Positions 24,650-37,428 are shown, counted from the whole stretch's first letter. The stretch: DNA of 62,483 nt, filler included, from Rhabdomonas costata (GCA_019059605.1; 14 parts of 14 records of this genome joined end to end with filler, not necessarily neighbours in it); one strand, 5' to 3'. A program made the numbers and translations. Notes: generated by a model not told the origin, from the letters alone.

Positions 24650-27073
24650 CTCGTGGAACAGTATTGTGCCCGCTGCAAATGAGGCTCAAGGAAAGTAGAC
24701 AAACAAAACAAAAAGAAAGGTGCACTGATGAGCGAAAAAAACATCAGCTCTATAGCCAGCTGATTCTCACCCGCTTTTGCTAAGAAAATACCGGCGTGAG
24801 AAACAAAGGATTGTGGGAGGTCTGACGCTCACTGTCACCTGAAATGGGTTTGCCTCAAGGTGAAAGTCATGTGGCGGTGATGGTGAGGGGGTGCTGGCGC
24901 TCAGTTTAGAAGGTGGACCTGGAAAAGGATACAAAGTGTTGACAACGAGAGAAATGTCCCAAATGTCCTGCCGCCATCACTCGACTCCACTGCAAAAAGA
25001 CACGTGAGCGCGACCTCTTCAACCTTTCAACGTCGCTCTCACGGGTCGTTATTCAGAGTATGTGACTTTCAGTCATAATAAAAACCCATAGGTTTCGCTG
25101 CACAGCATATATCAAAGCTAATAAGCTCATTACAGCATATCACGTTGACTGTCGCGCAGCGAGTTAATATTAAAATATGCAGCTATCAGCTTCGTCTCGG
25201 CGTACTTTCAACACGCCAACTTGGAACTGAGCTTACTAACATCGAAGACAAAACACTGCGAGCGGCCGTCGGCGCAACACCACTTGCAGAAAAAAAAATA
25301 AGTGAGACATGGCACCCGTGCATCAAATTGACAGCTCTTGCCCGTTTGCGAAGCAATCAGGACCCACTATCACCAACACCATCACCCACGGATAGAAGCA
25401 GGCTTCAGAGGTAGCCAGGAAACTTATCGCGAACGACGCGGTCGAATGGCATTGCGAGCTGCGAAATTCTTAAAGAGCGGGGTGCTAGCAGGACGTGATG
25501 GGTCCCTGATGGATCCCCCCGGTCCCCGGATCAGCCAATGCCAGACGGAAGCTCCTCTTCTGCAGGTGCCCCCTCCCTTCCCCCCTCACTCTTCACTTCT
25601 GCAGCCGATGTCCCCATTAGTGTCCAAGGGTCCGATTTCCATCGCGCCATCTAACTCAGCTTACTCGGCCACTGCACAACCAGTTCATTGCGTCCTTTTT
25701 TTATGATCGTCACTGAGATGGTTTCGTTGGTGGAGGAATTTATAGAGCCCTGAAGAGTTCAGAATCAGCTTTCACTCTGTGCAACTCCCCCACTACCTTC
25801 CGTCTTCGCTCCTGGGGTGTTACTAACCACACTCATACGCGACATTTGTGAGGAGGGGCGCTTCCTCCAGTTTGCATCGGTGTGCGTCTCAAAGTTCAAC
25901 GGCATCAAAATACCTGCCCCTTGGCGCCTGTATAATGTGGCTGCTCATTTTTGCCTCAGCGGTGGAACGTCGCCACGCTCGCCTCCTTGCCAGCCCGCCT
26001 CCCGGCGGCCCTACCGCCCTCGCACTGGCAGCCATGACAGCAGCGGGAGGTCTGCGTAGATTACGCTCTTGTCTCAAGTCTCCTTTCTTTGTGAACCTTT
26101 TGCTTCCTCGCGTCTTGCAAAGTAGTGTGTGGGGTGTTAGAACCAGCCACCGCGGTGCGCAGCAGCACCACCCAACACTACTTTACAAAAGCCGCTTCCT
26201 CTGATGTTTTGTAGCAAACAGGGTCGCCTGTGGTAGTTCTGGTTGCATTGAACGTGCCAAGAAGTGAAGAACGTTAGTGAGCGATGGATCAGGCTAACGT
26301 TCCTACATTTTGTCACATTTCGTCCCTTATAAACAGTTCCAAGATTGTTCATTACCTTGCAAACCCTGTGATTCTTCCTCAGTCGCGGGAGTGCAGGGCG
26401 ACCGCCTCTCCGCACTCGTCCCCACAGTGGCACCCGCTCCTCTCACTCCCGTCTCCCCACCGCCCACCACTCTCCCAGCTGTGCACATGCCACACGGGAG
26501 GGGCAAGAGGTTGGGCTTTGCCCGCTCCACCACCGCCCATCGGTTCGCTCCCCTCGAACTTCCACCTCACCCCACCCCTACACCGGAACCAGGGACCGCT
26601 CTCGGTACTCGTACCCCGCTCGTGGGGCGTACGGGGTACACCGCGGGGCACCGATGAGGGGCTACGGCTCTTCAGAGTCGGGCAGCCCGTCCTGTGAGGG
26701 AGGGAAAGGATACGATGGGGATCGGCGGACGAGTGGTGAGCGGCGAGGGGCGCCCGTGAACCCACCGGAAAGGGAAGGCCTCGGGAATCGGCATGAGCGT
26801 GTGCCCTCCTATGACAAAAAAACNNNNNNNNNNNNNNNNNNNNNNNNNNNNNNNNNNNNNNNNNNNNTTAATTAATTAANNNNNNNNNNNNNNNNNNNNN
26901 NNNNNNNNNNNNNNNNNNNNNNNTGTTCGGTGTGTTTGGGTGTTGTTGTCAGACGTGAAGATATAAAACGGCTGTGAGAGACACCCGAAGTGCTTGCGGA
27001 CGGGCAAAACGTCAGTTTTGCAGTCCGCTGCGCTGTCCTCCACGTTACGGTTCGGCTTGTTCTGTGTGCGCAG

Positions 27074-29003
27074 CGGTGCTGGTGTTGCGGCGATGCTGAA
27101 GTGTGCCGAGGCTGGCGCCGACGCTGTGGATGTGGCCTGCGACAGCATGTCCGGGACGACCTCCCAGCCCTCGATGGGGGCCATCGTGGCCGCCGTGGAG
27201 GGGACTGAGCTAGACACCGGTGTGTCACTCTTCGCTTGCCCATTTCAAACGGTGCCCAAGCCGCCTCTGCTGTCTCTCCAGCTGACTGTGTGGAACGGCT
27301 TATGAAACGGACTTTGGCGCCCCCACCCTCAGGGATCAAGCTGGTGGACTCCACCACGTACTCGGACTACTGGGAGCAGGCCCGTGGGCTGTACGCCCCC
27401 TTCGAGGCCACCGTGACGCTGAAGTCGGGTGGGGCGGACGTGTACGACCACGAGATTCCCGGGGGTCAGTACACCAACCTGCACTTCCAGGCGTTCAGCC
27501 TGGGCCTGAGCAAGGAGTGGCCGCTGATCAAGAAGGCCTACTCGGCGGCCAACCGCCTGCTGGGCGACATCGTGAAGGTGACGCCGAGCTCCAAGGTGGT
27601 GGGTGACCTGGCGCAGTTCATGGTGCAGAACAAGCTCAGCGAGGCGGCCGTGCTTGAGAAGGCCGACACGCTGTCCTTCCCGAGCAGCGTGGTGGAGTAC
27701 TTCGAGGGGCTGCTGGGGCAGCCCGAGGGAGGCTTCCCGGAGCCTATACGCACCAAGGTGCTGAAGGGCCGGATGGACTCCATCCGCCTGGAGGGCCGCC
27801 CCGGAGAGAGCCTGCCCCCCACGGACTTCGCCAAGGTCACTGCCACCTTGAAGCAGAAGTACGGCCTGAAGTCGATCAGCGACTGCGACGTGATGTCGTA
27901 CATCATGTACCCCAAGGTGATGGACGAGTACATGGCCTTCAAGCAGGTCCGCCCGTCCTCTCTTTTTTGATGCGCGGTTTTAGCTTTGTCTTGCCCAGGT
28001 TCTGTTGTTTGTTTTTGTAACATTGGGCCAGTAAACCCAACGGCACAGTAAAACCACTGTCCACTGTCCACTGTCGTTTGCCGTTTTCAGGAGTTCGGTG
28101 ACCTGACGGAGATGCCCACCTGGGCCTTCCTGGCTGGGATGAAGATCGGCGAGAAGATGCAGATCCAGGTGCAGAAGGGCAAGATGCTGAACGTGGGTTT
28201 CAATGCCATCGGGGATCTGAACACCACCGACGGCACCCGCGAGGTGTTCTTCGAGCTGAACGGCCAGCCCCGCAGCGTGTTCGTGCGCGACATGAAGTCC
28301 TCCGCGGCGAAGAACATCAAGGTCCGCGAGCAGGCCAACAAGTCCGACCCTGGCTCGGTACGTGCCCCCTGCTTTTCCTGCTGTACGCTCGCAGCGCTTC
28401 CAGACTCTTTTTGACCTTGGATGAGTTGCGCTTTTGACAATACTCAGTCCTTCCAGAAGACAGACACCGCAACCATGGCATTGATAGTTCCTGCGACAGC
28501 GCTATCAACGGATGTGTGTAATTGACTGGCCTGTTGGCTCAGATTGGCGCCCCCATGCCTGGGTCCATCATCGATGTCAAGGTGGAGGTGGGCAAGGTGG
28601 TGAAGAAGGGTACCGTGCTGGCTGTGATGTCTGCGATGAAGATGGAGGCATGCTTGCGTCTTTGTCATTCCCATGCCCCCCCCTCTGTCTCAATCCCTCG
28701 CTCTCTATTTCTCTGTCTTCTTTAACGGGACAACGAGTCATAGTCAGGTCAAAGCTCACCCTTGCACCCCACTTTCACACACACACATATACAGATACAG
28801 ATACATTCTCACATATATACACACACACTCATGCTTCACCTTTGACGTCTCTGTACGTGTGGCTGTCACATTCTATAGGTGTGTGCTTTCTTTTCCTTCA
28901 GACTGTGGTCGCCTCTCCGATGGACGGCACTGTGAAGAAGATTGCGGTGGTTCCTGGCGACATGCTGAGCGCCGGAGACCTGATTGCCGTCGTCGCGGCA
29001 TAA
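27074..29003 (+). CDS. PYC: Pyruvate carboxylase, C-terminal part (carboxyltransferase and biotin-carrier domains)
   Basis: Exons 27074-27219 ([23 protein letters not shown]), 27333-27946 ([33 protein letters not shown]), 28091-28357 ([12 protein letters not shown]), 28543-28647 (IGAPMPG...AMKME) and 28902-29003 ending in TAA. Confidence 0.95.
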
Positions 29004-29765
29004 GTGAAGGTGTGGGTGCTGTTCAGCGAACAGTGGCTCTGTTGTAGTAGTGGGCTGAGTTGGGGCCATTTTTTGCGCTGCATATAGGCTGTTTGCACGC
29101 TCCCTTTTTTATGGCTTTCAGGTTCAGGAAAAGGGAAGTGCCCTGTTGATGTTCTTATCTACCCCACTGTAGACATACACTCACAGTTTTTGCTGAGGTA
29201 TATAGTAGGTGGCGGGGGGGACGTAGCAGGTGTCTTCTCGCCTCTCCCTGAAACAAATCCACCGATGTTTCTGCTCACCTGTACTACATTGTAATGAAGG
29301 GCGTTTTAGCTCTTACCTGATGGTTGTTCTGTGCGTTTCTCCTCTTTGTTCGTCCTGCTCGGGCTGCCAAGCCGCCAATCATCGGGCAGAGATCGAACTA
29401 TAATGCATTGAATATTCGGCAAAAGTCCACGCGCCGTGCGAATCTGTGTGGCCACATTTGGAGCTCTTACCCCCCACCCCATAATCCTCCATTTTGCAGT
29501 TGTGGTGCAGCAAACGGTACTACCACCACGACCGCCATGCAAAGGCATTGGACAACTTTGTTGATTTGAAAACCGCAAATCGTTTTGTTTCTCTCTCTCG
29601 CTCGCTCGCTCGCTCTTTCTCTGTCTTTGTCCCTCACGTACACAGATTTTCACTGTGTGGGGTTTTCGTCTCTTCGTCTCTTCCTGCGTTAAGTGTCTTA
29701 CTTCCTTAAGAGGAAAAAGAGCAGAGGGCGCCGTGTGCGTGGTGTCCAAGCAAAGAGACGCAAAA

Positions 29766-30318
29766 ATGCCCGCCAAGACCGAGTTAGTGGAGCCCGACAA
29801 GTTGGTCTTCCAGGGGCTTCAAAAGAAGAAGCGCTGCGCGCTGTGCCTGCAGGACTTTTACGTCGATGAGCTCCCGGGCGCGATCTCCTTCCGGCACGCT
29901 CGCCCAGCATCCCTCTCGACCCTAATTATGAATCTCTGTTTTGCCAAGTGAAGATGTGGAAAGGAAGGAAGGAGGAATACTTTTTTCGCTCAGAATGCAG
30001 GGCCATGCACTTATGTCGCACCCTCCCCCCCATCTCTCGCTGGACCGCTTGGTTGGGAACAGGTCGGTGCTGGAGCTCCGCGCGAAGTGGGGCGTCGACG
30101 TAAAGAAGAACGGCCACCTTCCTTCCCCGTCGCTGCTGTACCAGAGGGTCAGCCTGTGCATCTTCTGTATGCAATTCTTTGACGTTGGTGTTGAACGCCC
30201 TCGGCCGGCGTCTCCCAAGAGCGGAGGCAAAGGCTCGTCTACCAAGCTGGGCACCTCCTCAGCTTCCCTGTCACGGTCGCATGGAAACCCCAACCCAAGC
30301 CCTGCTGGTGGGCGGTGA
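29766..30318 (+). CDS. Small uncharacterised CxxC...CxxC (putative Zn-binding) protein; two exons, GC-AG intron 29894-30062
   Basis: MPAKTELVEPDK...KRCALCLQDF...ISF R SVLELRAKWG...LYQRVSLCIFCMQFF...*, with GC3-rich codon usage like the neighbouring PYC. Confidence 0.7.
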
Positions 30319-30893
30319 GCCGCATGGTGGGGAGGGTTTAGTTCTGAATGTGAGGCGCGCCTGTGTAAAGTATTCCTTCCGAGTGTTGACTGGCTGTGCA
30401 TGCTGCATGTATTGCTGTACTGTTGCTTCAGCACACTAAAGTGGGTGGTTTCAAAGGAGAGAAAGTTCAACGGAAGGGAGGGGCCTGGAGCAGGGCAGGT
30501 CTATGAAAATCCTCTGAAATCTCGGCCTCCTCGTCTCTTTCACCTGTGAAAACTCTGGAAAAACACTGTGGATGCATCCTTCTTCCTCTTAAAAACTCCG
30601 AAAACATACCACATGAATCGCTGCAGTCGGGTCGTGTGCACGCATTCCCCTTCCATGCGGCCTCCCTCCCGTGGCCTGGCTCTCTGTCTCACCCGGGTCT
30701 TCCCCCACTGTCACTCTATCGGCCATCCATCTCTCACCTGGCCCTTCTCTACTCTGCTCTCTCGCCCAGCTGTGGATAGGTAGCCTGACCTAGCGTTTGA
30801 CCAGGAGCTGGCTCACGACTTCCGTCTCCGCTCTCTGTAATCTCTATGAAACCTCTGGAAACTAGTCTCTCGAAACACCTTCATGTCGTTTTC

Positions 30894-31309
30894 AAGAGCA
30901 GAGATCAGTCGAGGCTTTGAAGGTGTTCAAGAAATTCGTAAATCAGTGCGAGAGCAGTAGAAAGGCGAGTTAGCAGCAGGCAGTTCGTAAGGACAGCTTT
31001 TTGGGAGAAGGCAGTGGTTCAGAGCAAAGGCCAGTGGAGAAGCGAGTGTGGAAAGCAGGTTTCTCAAAGGAGAGGTTCAGGAAGAGAGTTTTAGGAGCAG
31101 AGGCGGTCAAGCTGAAGCTTTGAGCAGAGTGCTGGCAGCGAAGGCGGCGGAAAACAAGAAGGAGAAGGCGCAGGAGGACGGAGCTGAGGAGAGCCGTTCC
31201 GGAGGACGACGTTGAGGAGGACAAGGCCGCAGAGCTGAGCACACGACGAGTTGGCCGCGCAGGTTTGGAGAAGTTGAGCGAGAAGGCCGTGGAAAGCAGC
31301 CCCGGGAGG
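30894..31309 (+). mobile_element. Copy of the LTR-like repeat family (5' truncated)
   Basis: 30894-31036 is nearly identical to 8690-8831. Confidence 0.7.
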
Positions 31310-31412
31310 NNNNNNNNNNNNNNNNNNNNNNNNNNNNNNNNNNNNNNNNNNNNTTAATTAATTAANNNNNNNNNNNNNNNNNNNNNNNNNNNNNNNNNNN
31401 NNNNNNNNNTGG

Positions 31413-31632
31413 TGGCTACTCACATAATCTGCTAAAACTGTGAAAATGGATGGTGACTGAAACGGTCGGACCCGATCGCACCTTTCCCACTGCCGCCTCC
31501 ACTCCCGTAATGTTGATTTATGGCTAATTTTCGTTTCTCAAATGCGGCCGAAGGCTTTCCAAAGTCCAATCGAGTCCGACCGTTTCAGTCACCATCCATT
31601 TTCACAGTTTTAGCAGATTATGTGAGTGGCCA
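31413..31632. mobile_element. MITE of ~220 bp with ~63-bp terminal inverted repeats
   Basis: TGGCTACTCACATAATCTGCTAAAACTGTGAAAATGGATGGTGACTGAAACGGTCGGAC and its near-perfect reverse complement ending at 31632. Confidence 0.8.
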
Positions 31633-32033
31633 GGACCAACGCAGAAGCCGTATTGATGCCTTGTGGGTCAAACACACACTTGCTCATATGCCAGGCAAAC
31701 AGGGGGCATGCTATGCAAGTAATTGATGCTGTGAAATTGAGTGCAGTTCTCTTCGGGCGTTGGCCCCTTTTCTGAGAAAAGAAGGCATGGATGCACGGAA
31801 TTGTGGCCCAGAACCCTTAGCACCTTGGAACTTTCCTATGTTTTCGGGGAGTCTTGGTTTAATCAATAAAAATCTTTCAGGGCGGAGAACTCATTGCTAT
31901 GGTCGGATCCAATTTTGAGAAATCGCAAGTTGAGGCTGTCACCACTTCTGCCTAAAGAATCCCCTTTGCTGTGCCTCCTTTAGGGTTTAAAGCAGCCCCG
32001 TAGAGCCTCCGAACAAGGCCGATGAGAAAGGGG

Positions 32034-32411
32034 TTATAAACCGGCACAAGTGGCCGAGTCAGGTGCGGATGGGGGAGAGAAGGCCGGGGGAAGGGCCAGC
32101 AGTAATTGTAGCACTTGAGGCTGCAGGGCGGCGTAGGCCGGGGTGTTGTGGTTGCGCAGGGAGTGGCACAGCAGGACCAGATGGTGGGCCAGGGCAGAGG
32201 CCAGCCCAGGCTGGGCGAAGGAAACTCCGGCGGAGCCCAGCAGAAGCCGCAGCAAGGGCAGCCCTACAGCACGGAAGAGCTCCGGGAGGTCGACGGAGGT
32301 GGAGGTTAGGGAGGGGCTCTGGAGGGCGTCAAAGGTCGATCTCAGTGAGGTCGTGGCTGGAAGGACCCCCCCCTCCGCCCACAGACTCTCACACGCGCCG
32401 AGCGATCCCAT
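32034..32411 (-). CDS. Probable coding exon of an unknown Leu-rich helical protein
   Basis: GC-rich open stretch (LPELFRAVGLPLLRLLLG...LAHHLVLLCHSL). No family recognised. Confidence 0.4.
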   Translation of the reverse strand: MGSLGACESLWAEGGVLPATTSLRSTFDALQSPSLTSTSVDLPELFRAVGLPLLRLLLGSAGVSFAQPGLASALAHHLVLLCHSLRNHNTPAYAALQPQVLQLLLALPPAFSPPSAPDSATCAGL

Positions 32412-33362
32412 TTGCAGAGTAAACACCACAACCATTTGGTTTCCGCTTCCTTTCTGATTGCAGTCACAGTTACAGTCTTTCTGTTATCCCTATGCAAAAA
32501 TTCTTTTTCGAAAAAGGGGTTCTACCAGGTGGGCCTATCCGGCCTCTTCAGCAGGTCACCAATTGTCGGGAACCTCAAGGTCCATTTTTGGCCCATTTAA
32601 GGGCATTTTCGACAATTCAAGGGCCTAGGGTGCACTTTTTTGGACCATTGCAGGCCTGCACGTTGAATCTAAGCTTTCGGCCAGGCCTGGTTAGCATACC
32701 TAGGGTAGTGCCCAGGAGTGCTGCATCCTTGCACTTGAGTCTTGAGGCTGGAATGCTTGTGTTTGCAGCGACCCTAGAGGCCATTTAAGGGCCATTTTGG
32801 GTGGTTTTAAGCCCCCCCCCCTTTGCCTTTATACACATGCAGCACACTTCGGGTTGGTTTGAAGAGAAGACCTGAAGGCTGGTACACCGTCAGCCCACCT
32901 GGACGTCGGTGTGTGAGCACTAATTTGTGTGATTGTTTTCGTGTTTCCACATACGCACGCGCGCGACAAGAAAACAAAGGTCGACCGCAACGTGCAACCT
33001 GACAGCAACAGTGCAGAGCGTCACGCGCAGTTGGTTTCTGTCCCGGGTCCATACAAGAAAAAGAGGTCACCTTTTATCTCGCCCTGCCTCCTCTCTGAAT
33101 CCTAATCACGTCCACCGCCTCAAGGCGCGAACGCTTCGCTATCCCGCGATCACAGCTGCCTCACGGCTCTGCCGGGTGCACTGGTTCTGTCCCGGAACAG
33201 GCAATCGGCAAAAGTATGTCGAAAATCATCAGGAAAGACACAAAGAAAAGAACGAGGTGGTGCGGAAGTGTAACGATGAGTTGGAATATTCCAGGTCCAA
33301 GCGATCTACCCGTTTCAAAGGGAAGGCCGAAAGTAGCTTCCGAACTTTCTGCACCGATTGTT

Positions 33363-33821
33363 GGGTAAGTTAAAAAGATTTCCCCCAAGGGAAAAAGTTT
33401 CCCCAAGCCACTAAGGAAGAAGGCTCCAACACATCACAGAAGATGCAGCACCACGCGCAGTTGTTCAATGGTATAGTTTATACCACAGCAAGGAAAGGAA
33501 AGGACCAGGAAAGCCAAAAGCTGCGATTGTTGTAACGAAAACACAACTCGTTTAGCTTGGATTGCAGAGGCGGAGACAGACTCTGTCCGAGGAACAGATT
33601 CATTTTTCTAGCTTTCGCCTTGATGACAAAGTCAGCGCATTCTATAGTGTTGATGTTAATTTTGCCATTTCGCTTTTTGGGACGCAAGACAAACACGTGC
33701 ATCGCCACCGAACCCTGCAAAATCTTCTATTGGAGTCCCGTGGGACTCCTGTTTCGCCACCACGCGACTTGGGAGAAATTGGGAAATTTTTCCCGTGGGG
33801 GAAATTTTTTTCACTTAGCCC
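33363..33821. mobile_element. MITE-like element (~460 bp) with ~45-bp imperfect TIRs
   Basis: GGGTAAGTTAAAAAGATTTCCCCCAAGGGAAAAAGTTTCCCCAA pairs with TTGGGAAATTTTTCCCGTGGGGGAAATTTTTT...CACTTAGCCC. Confidence 0.55.
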
Positions 33822-33962
33822 GGGTTACCAATGGGGCGTAAATGAGGTGGTATTTTTCAGGCGCAAACATGTGCAAACATACACGAATCTGTACACACAC
33901 AGTTCCAGTCACCCAAACCAGAAGCCGCAAGAAGAAAATTTCATAACCCAAAACCCCACCAG

Positions 33963-34149
33963 CCTTGCGGGAGGACCCCAACTGCCCGACGCTGTGGTCT
34001 TCGATGCCTTGGAGGCGATCCGCAGCCGGTGCACGGTGGATGGCGCTGAGAAGGACGACGTGGCCTACGAGGAGTTTGTGGAGGTCTTCAAGATACTGAC
34101 AGCGGGCCAGGAGACCCCGCCCTCCGCCGGTCATGAGAAGCCCGAAAAG
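33963..34149 (+). CDS. Probable coding exon with EF-hand-like segment (DDVAYEEFVEVF)
   Basis: GC3-rich codons between a CAG acceptor at about 33960 and an AAG|GCACGT putative GC donor at 34150. Confidence 0.4.
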
Positions 34150-35663
34150 GCACGTCCCTGTTGTGCTGTATGGTTTGGGTGGCCTACTGCACCTACTCCT
34201 CAGCGCGTTCCCTTCCCAACCATAACGTGCAGTATTCACGGTCTCTCGCTTCGAAAGAGTAGTCCGTTTCCCATCAAGTCGAATTGAAGGGTGCTTTACT
34301 GCTCCGACTCCCTTGACTTCAGAACGAATGAAAAAGTCCCGCGTTGTACCCTTTCACCGACCGGATTCTTTTTGCTGGTAATGGTAAGAAACACCCGGAG
34401 TGTGATTCTTCTGCGGTATGTGGTAACCGTTATGGGGGCTGGCTCGTGTGCTCTCGCTTCGCTTGTTCCCTGTTTGCCCTCCTCAGCTTTTGGGGGCGCG
34501 GGATGGGTTTGCCGTTTGGGCTGTGTGGTCTGTGCCGCACAGGTGGGCAGTGGGCTCCGGTGCTGGCGCTGGGTAGGCTCTGCCTTCCGTGCAATCCGAG
34601 AGGCTTCCGGTCGTCTGCGGCGAGGTCGACGCCACGGGGCCAATGAGGTATGGCAGACACCTACGTGACTGTGATGCCTGATGCTTTTGCTTGACCTACC
34701 GTAGCTGTCAGTCCACTCTCCAACCCACCTAAACCCATCCCAACTCCCACGTGGTCAGTTGAGAATGAGGTGAGAATGGCTTTCCAAATTCGAAGGGAGT
34801 GCGACCCTGTGGCTGTGCCGGTTTTTGCAATCGGAGCCGCGAAACATTGCACTACTCATCGGCTCCGATTTCCTTTTCCGATTTCGCTGGAAAAAGCTAG
34901 AGCATTACCGGTAACCTCCAGAATGGTGAATATGGTATTTTGCGCAAATCGGAAATGGTTTAAAGCACATGGTACATTTCTGCATCATCAAGTCGTGAGC
35001 AGCATTACAGATGATAACTCAACGGGTGATCCCCACTTTTCCCAATAGAAGGTTTTGAAAGGAAAGTTTAGTTGCACGTGCCCCCTTTGTATTCCAATAG
35101 AAATTTTTGTTGTCCCCCGAGGGGTGGGTGGCAGCTTTGCTTTTGTAACTCAACATGAGCAGGTTTTAGAGTGTGCAGCATCTGAGTGGTCGTGTGGAGC
35201 GGCTCCTCGGCCCTAGACCCTACGTGCTTCCCTAATTCACTCGCTCCAGAAGCATGAGAAGCTGTGAACGATGTAAATGTTCCCACAGCATTCTTGCCAA
35301 AATCAAAAATGCTCTGGAGGATTTCTGACCAGATCCCTTAGTTTGCAATTCAGGGTTAAGCATTCCGGAAGAAATCGCAAACGCTGCTGTGTATTTTTGT
35401 CTAAACCTGCTTTGCCTTTCGCTATGCAGTGTGCATCAGACGTTCAGTTTTTTTTTCCTGAGAGTTACCTTTCCTTTTGTATTGGGAGGGAATGGTATTG
35501 AGAGGTTAGGTGTTTAGCATTGTCACTTTCAGCAGAATAGGGCAAATTAAATTAGAAAACTCGAAATAAGTAATGGTAAAAATAGACAATAATTCTGTAT
35601 CTTGTTTCCACCTTCCCCAAAAAGTGCAGGGACGGGAGGCACACTCCTTTTGCCTATTTTCGC

Positions 35664-35733
35664 TAACCTTAGAAACGGTCACCAGCATTTTTTTCGGATC
35701 AGAAAAGAATGCTGGTGACCGTTTCTAAGGTTA
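35664..35733. repeat. Perfect 26-bp inverted repeat (hairpin) at contig end
   Basis: TAACCTTAGAAACGGTCACCAGCATT ... AATGCTGGTGACCGTTTCTAAGGTTA. Confidence 0.85.
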
Positions 35734-36559
35734 ACAAAAAAANNNNNNNNNNNNNNNNNNNNNNNNNNNNNNNNNNNNNNNNNNNNTTAATTAATTAANN
35801 NNNNNNNNNNNNNNNNNNNNNNNNNNNNNNNNNNNNNNNNNNAGACCTCTCTTAATGAGGAGCTGATCAGTGACGTTTGATAGTCTCACGTGAGTAGAAA
35901 TGAGAGCGTAAAAGTTCATGTCATCAGAATACAATCTTCTGTCCGATATACTGTTCTCTTCACCGCACAGATGTACTTCGGAGGATTTTGTGATCTAGAA
36001 AATGACACTGGGCTACAAAAAAAGACCAATTGCAAAGGTGAAAAGAGCAGCTTGAGAAAATGCAGAGAGCAGAAAAATATAGCCTGTACACTGGTCCACT
36101 GGATACGGTAACAAGGAAAAAAGATTTGAGTTTGAGACCTATATCAGCAAGCGCTTGCTCGTATTAAAAACTGAGTCATAAGAGTACAAAAGCAATAATA
36201 GGAAAGATTGCAGCAATTATGTGTATAATATTAGTGAGACTAGTATAGAAGAAACATTTTGGACATGAGCTATCTCGCAAACTGACATCGTGGAAGATAA
36301 ACCAAAAGCAGCCTCATATAAAAATGTCCTCGCGAGATCAGACTGCTTCTAGCACGGTCCTCTTGTTTCCATGTTGTCTTCTGGTAGACCACTCAGAAAT
36401 TGGATTGTAACAGGAACACAACCGTTACATCATGTCGTGAGGATACGTACATAAGAATAAGAGCCACGTGGAAGTCTAATCAGTGTTGAATACATTCTAG
36501 AAGGACGATGAATTTGAAGAGTTGTCGGAGTTTCAAGTACAGATATACCAGTGAAGTAC

Positions 36560-37428
36560 GACATTAAACAGGAAGACAAATAATTCAAAGATGATGATCT
36601 GCCAGACCGAGAAAGTGTAGAAGCGGATGATCAATAGCAGCATAAACTGCGCACAGAACCTGAAATTAAATAAATGGGAGGAAGCAACCAAAAATGGAGT
36701 CGCGGGATGATGTAGATGCGGATCGATATGTTGAAAAAGAGGCATATTACGCGTCCCCAGGAGCTCATGTTGGGCAGGAAACCTCAGCTAAGGTTTTGAA
36801 CAAAACTAAAGATTGGAGAGAGCGCATGGCAGCTCTTTGTATAGAATTGCAGGAGCATAGGATAAAATGTCGAGTAGATTCACAGATAAATTCCCAGAAG
36901 ATGGATTGTGTGATGCGATGGAAGCTGAAGAGAAATAGCCGCTAGACTATTCGTAAGCAGTGAAGAGCGAAGATAAATGTGACAAAGCAAAGTTAAGAAG
37001 AGTTAAAAGAAAACCCCAGTTACCGAGATTCTGGCCAGAAGAAGATGTAAATATGGAGCAAACCATCTTTGTGGCTATGTGCCATAACATGATGTTGACC
37101 ATATGTACTGATATTTTTGCCTCAGAGAAGCATCATCAGCTTCCAATTTACTTTATGTTAGACGAGCAAGATAAACGTACAATTGTATATAATGAGTTTT
37201 TTTGTGGATTTCAGACGTGCGTCGTTTTTTAACACTCCGTGGAGCCTTATGGCTCACGTACGTGATAAAGCATGTCGTGATAAGGCTGCATTAATGATTG
37301 TTACACCACTGTTGCCGTATTCCATGTGGTTCAGGTTGCTAAATGATCCCAATGTTACAGAGTTGTTTTTGTTGCAAAAAGCAGTGGTAACAGCGCTGGA
37401 AAACATGGATTTTGATTATATCCGTTAA
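36560..37428 (+). mobile_element. Decayed DIRS-like (tyrosine-recombinase) retrotransposon: RNase H-like remnant plus N6-adenine methyltransferase-like domain
   Basis: TDIFASEKHHQLPIYF...[frameshift]...FFNTPWSLMAHVRDKACRDKAALMIVTP...W resembles the DIRS MT pattern DLFAS..N.QLP.Y...NPPW.L....L.K....A...++.P.W. Confidence 0.6.

Noticed and set aside
26760-26800. GGGAAGGCCTCGGG resembling RNase P or SRP RNA conserved motifs
   Set aside because: The match is too short, and the other conserved regions could not be found.
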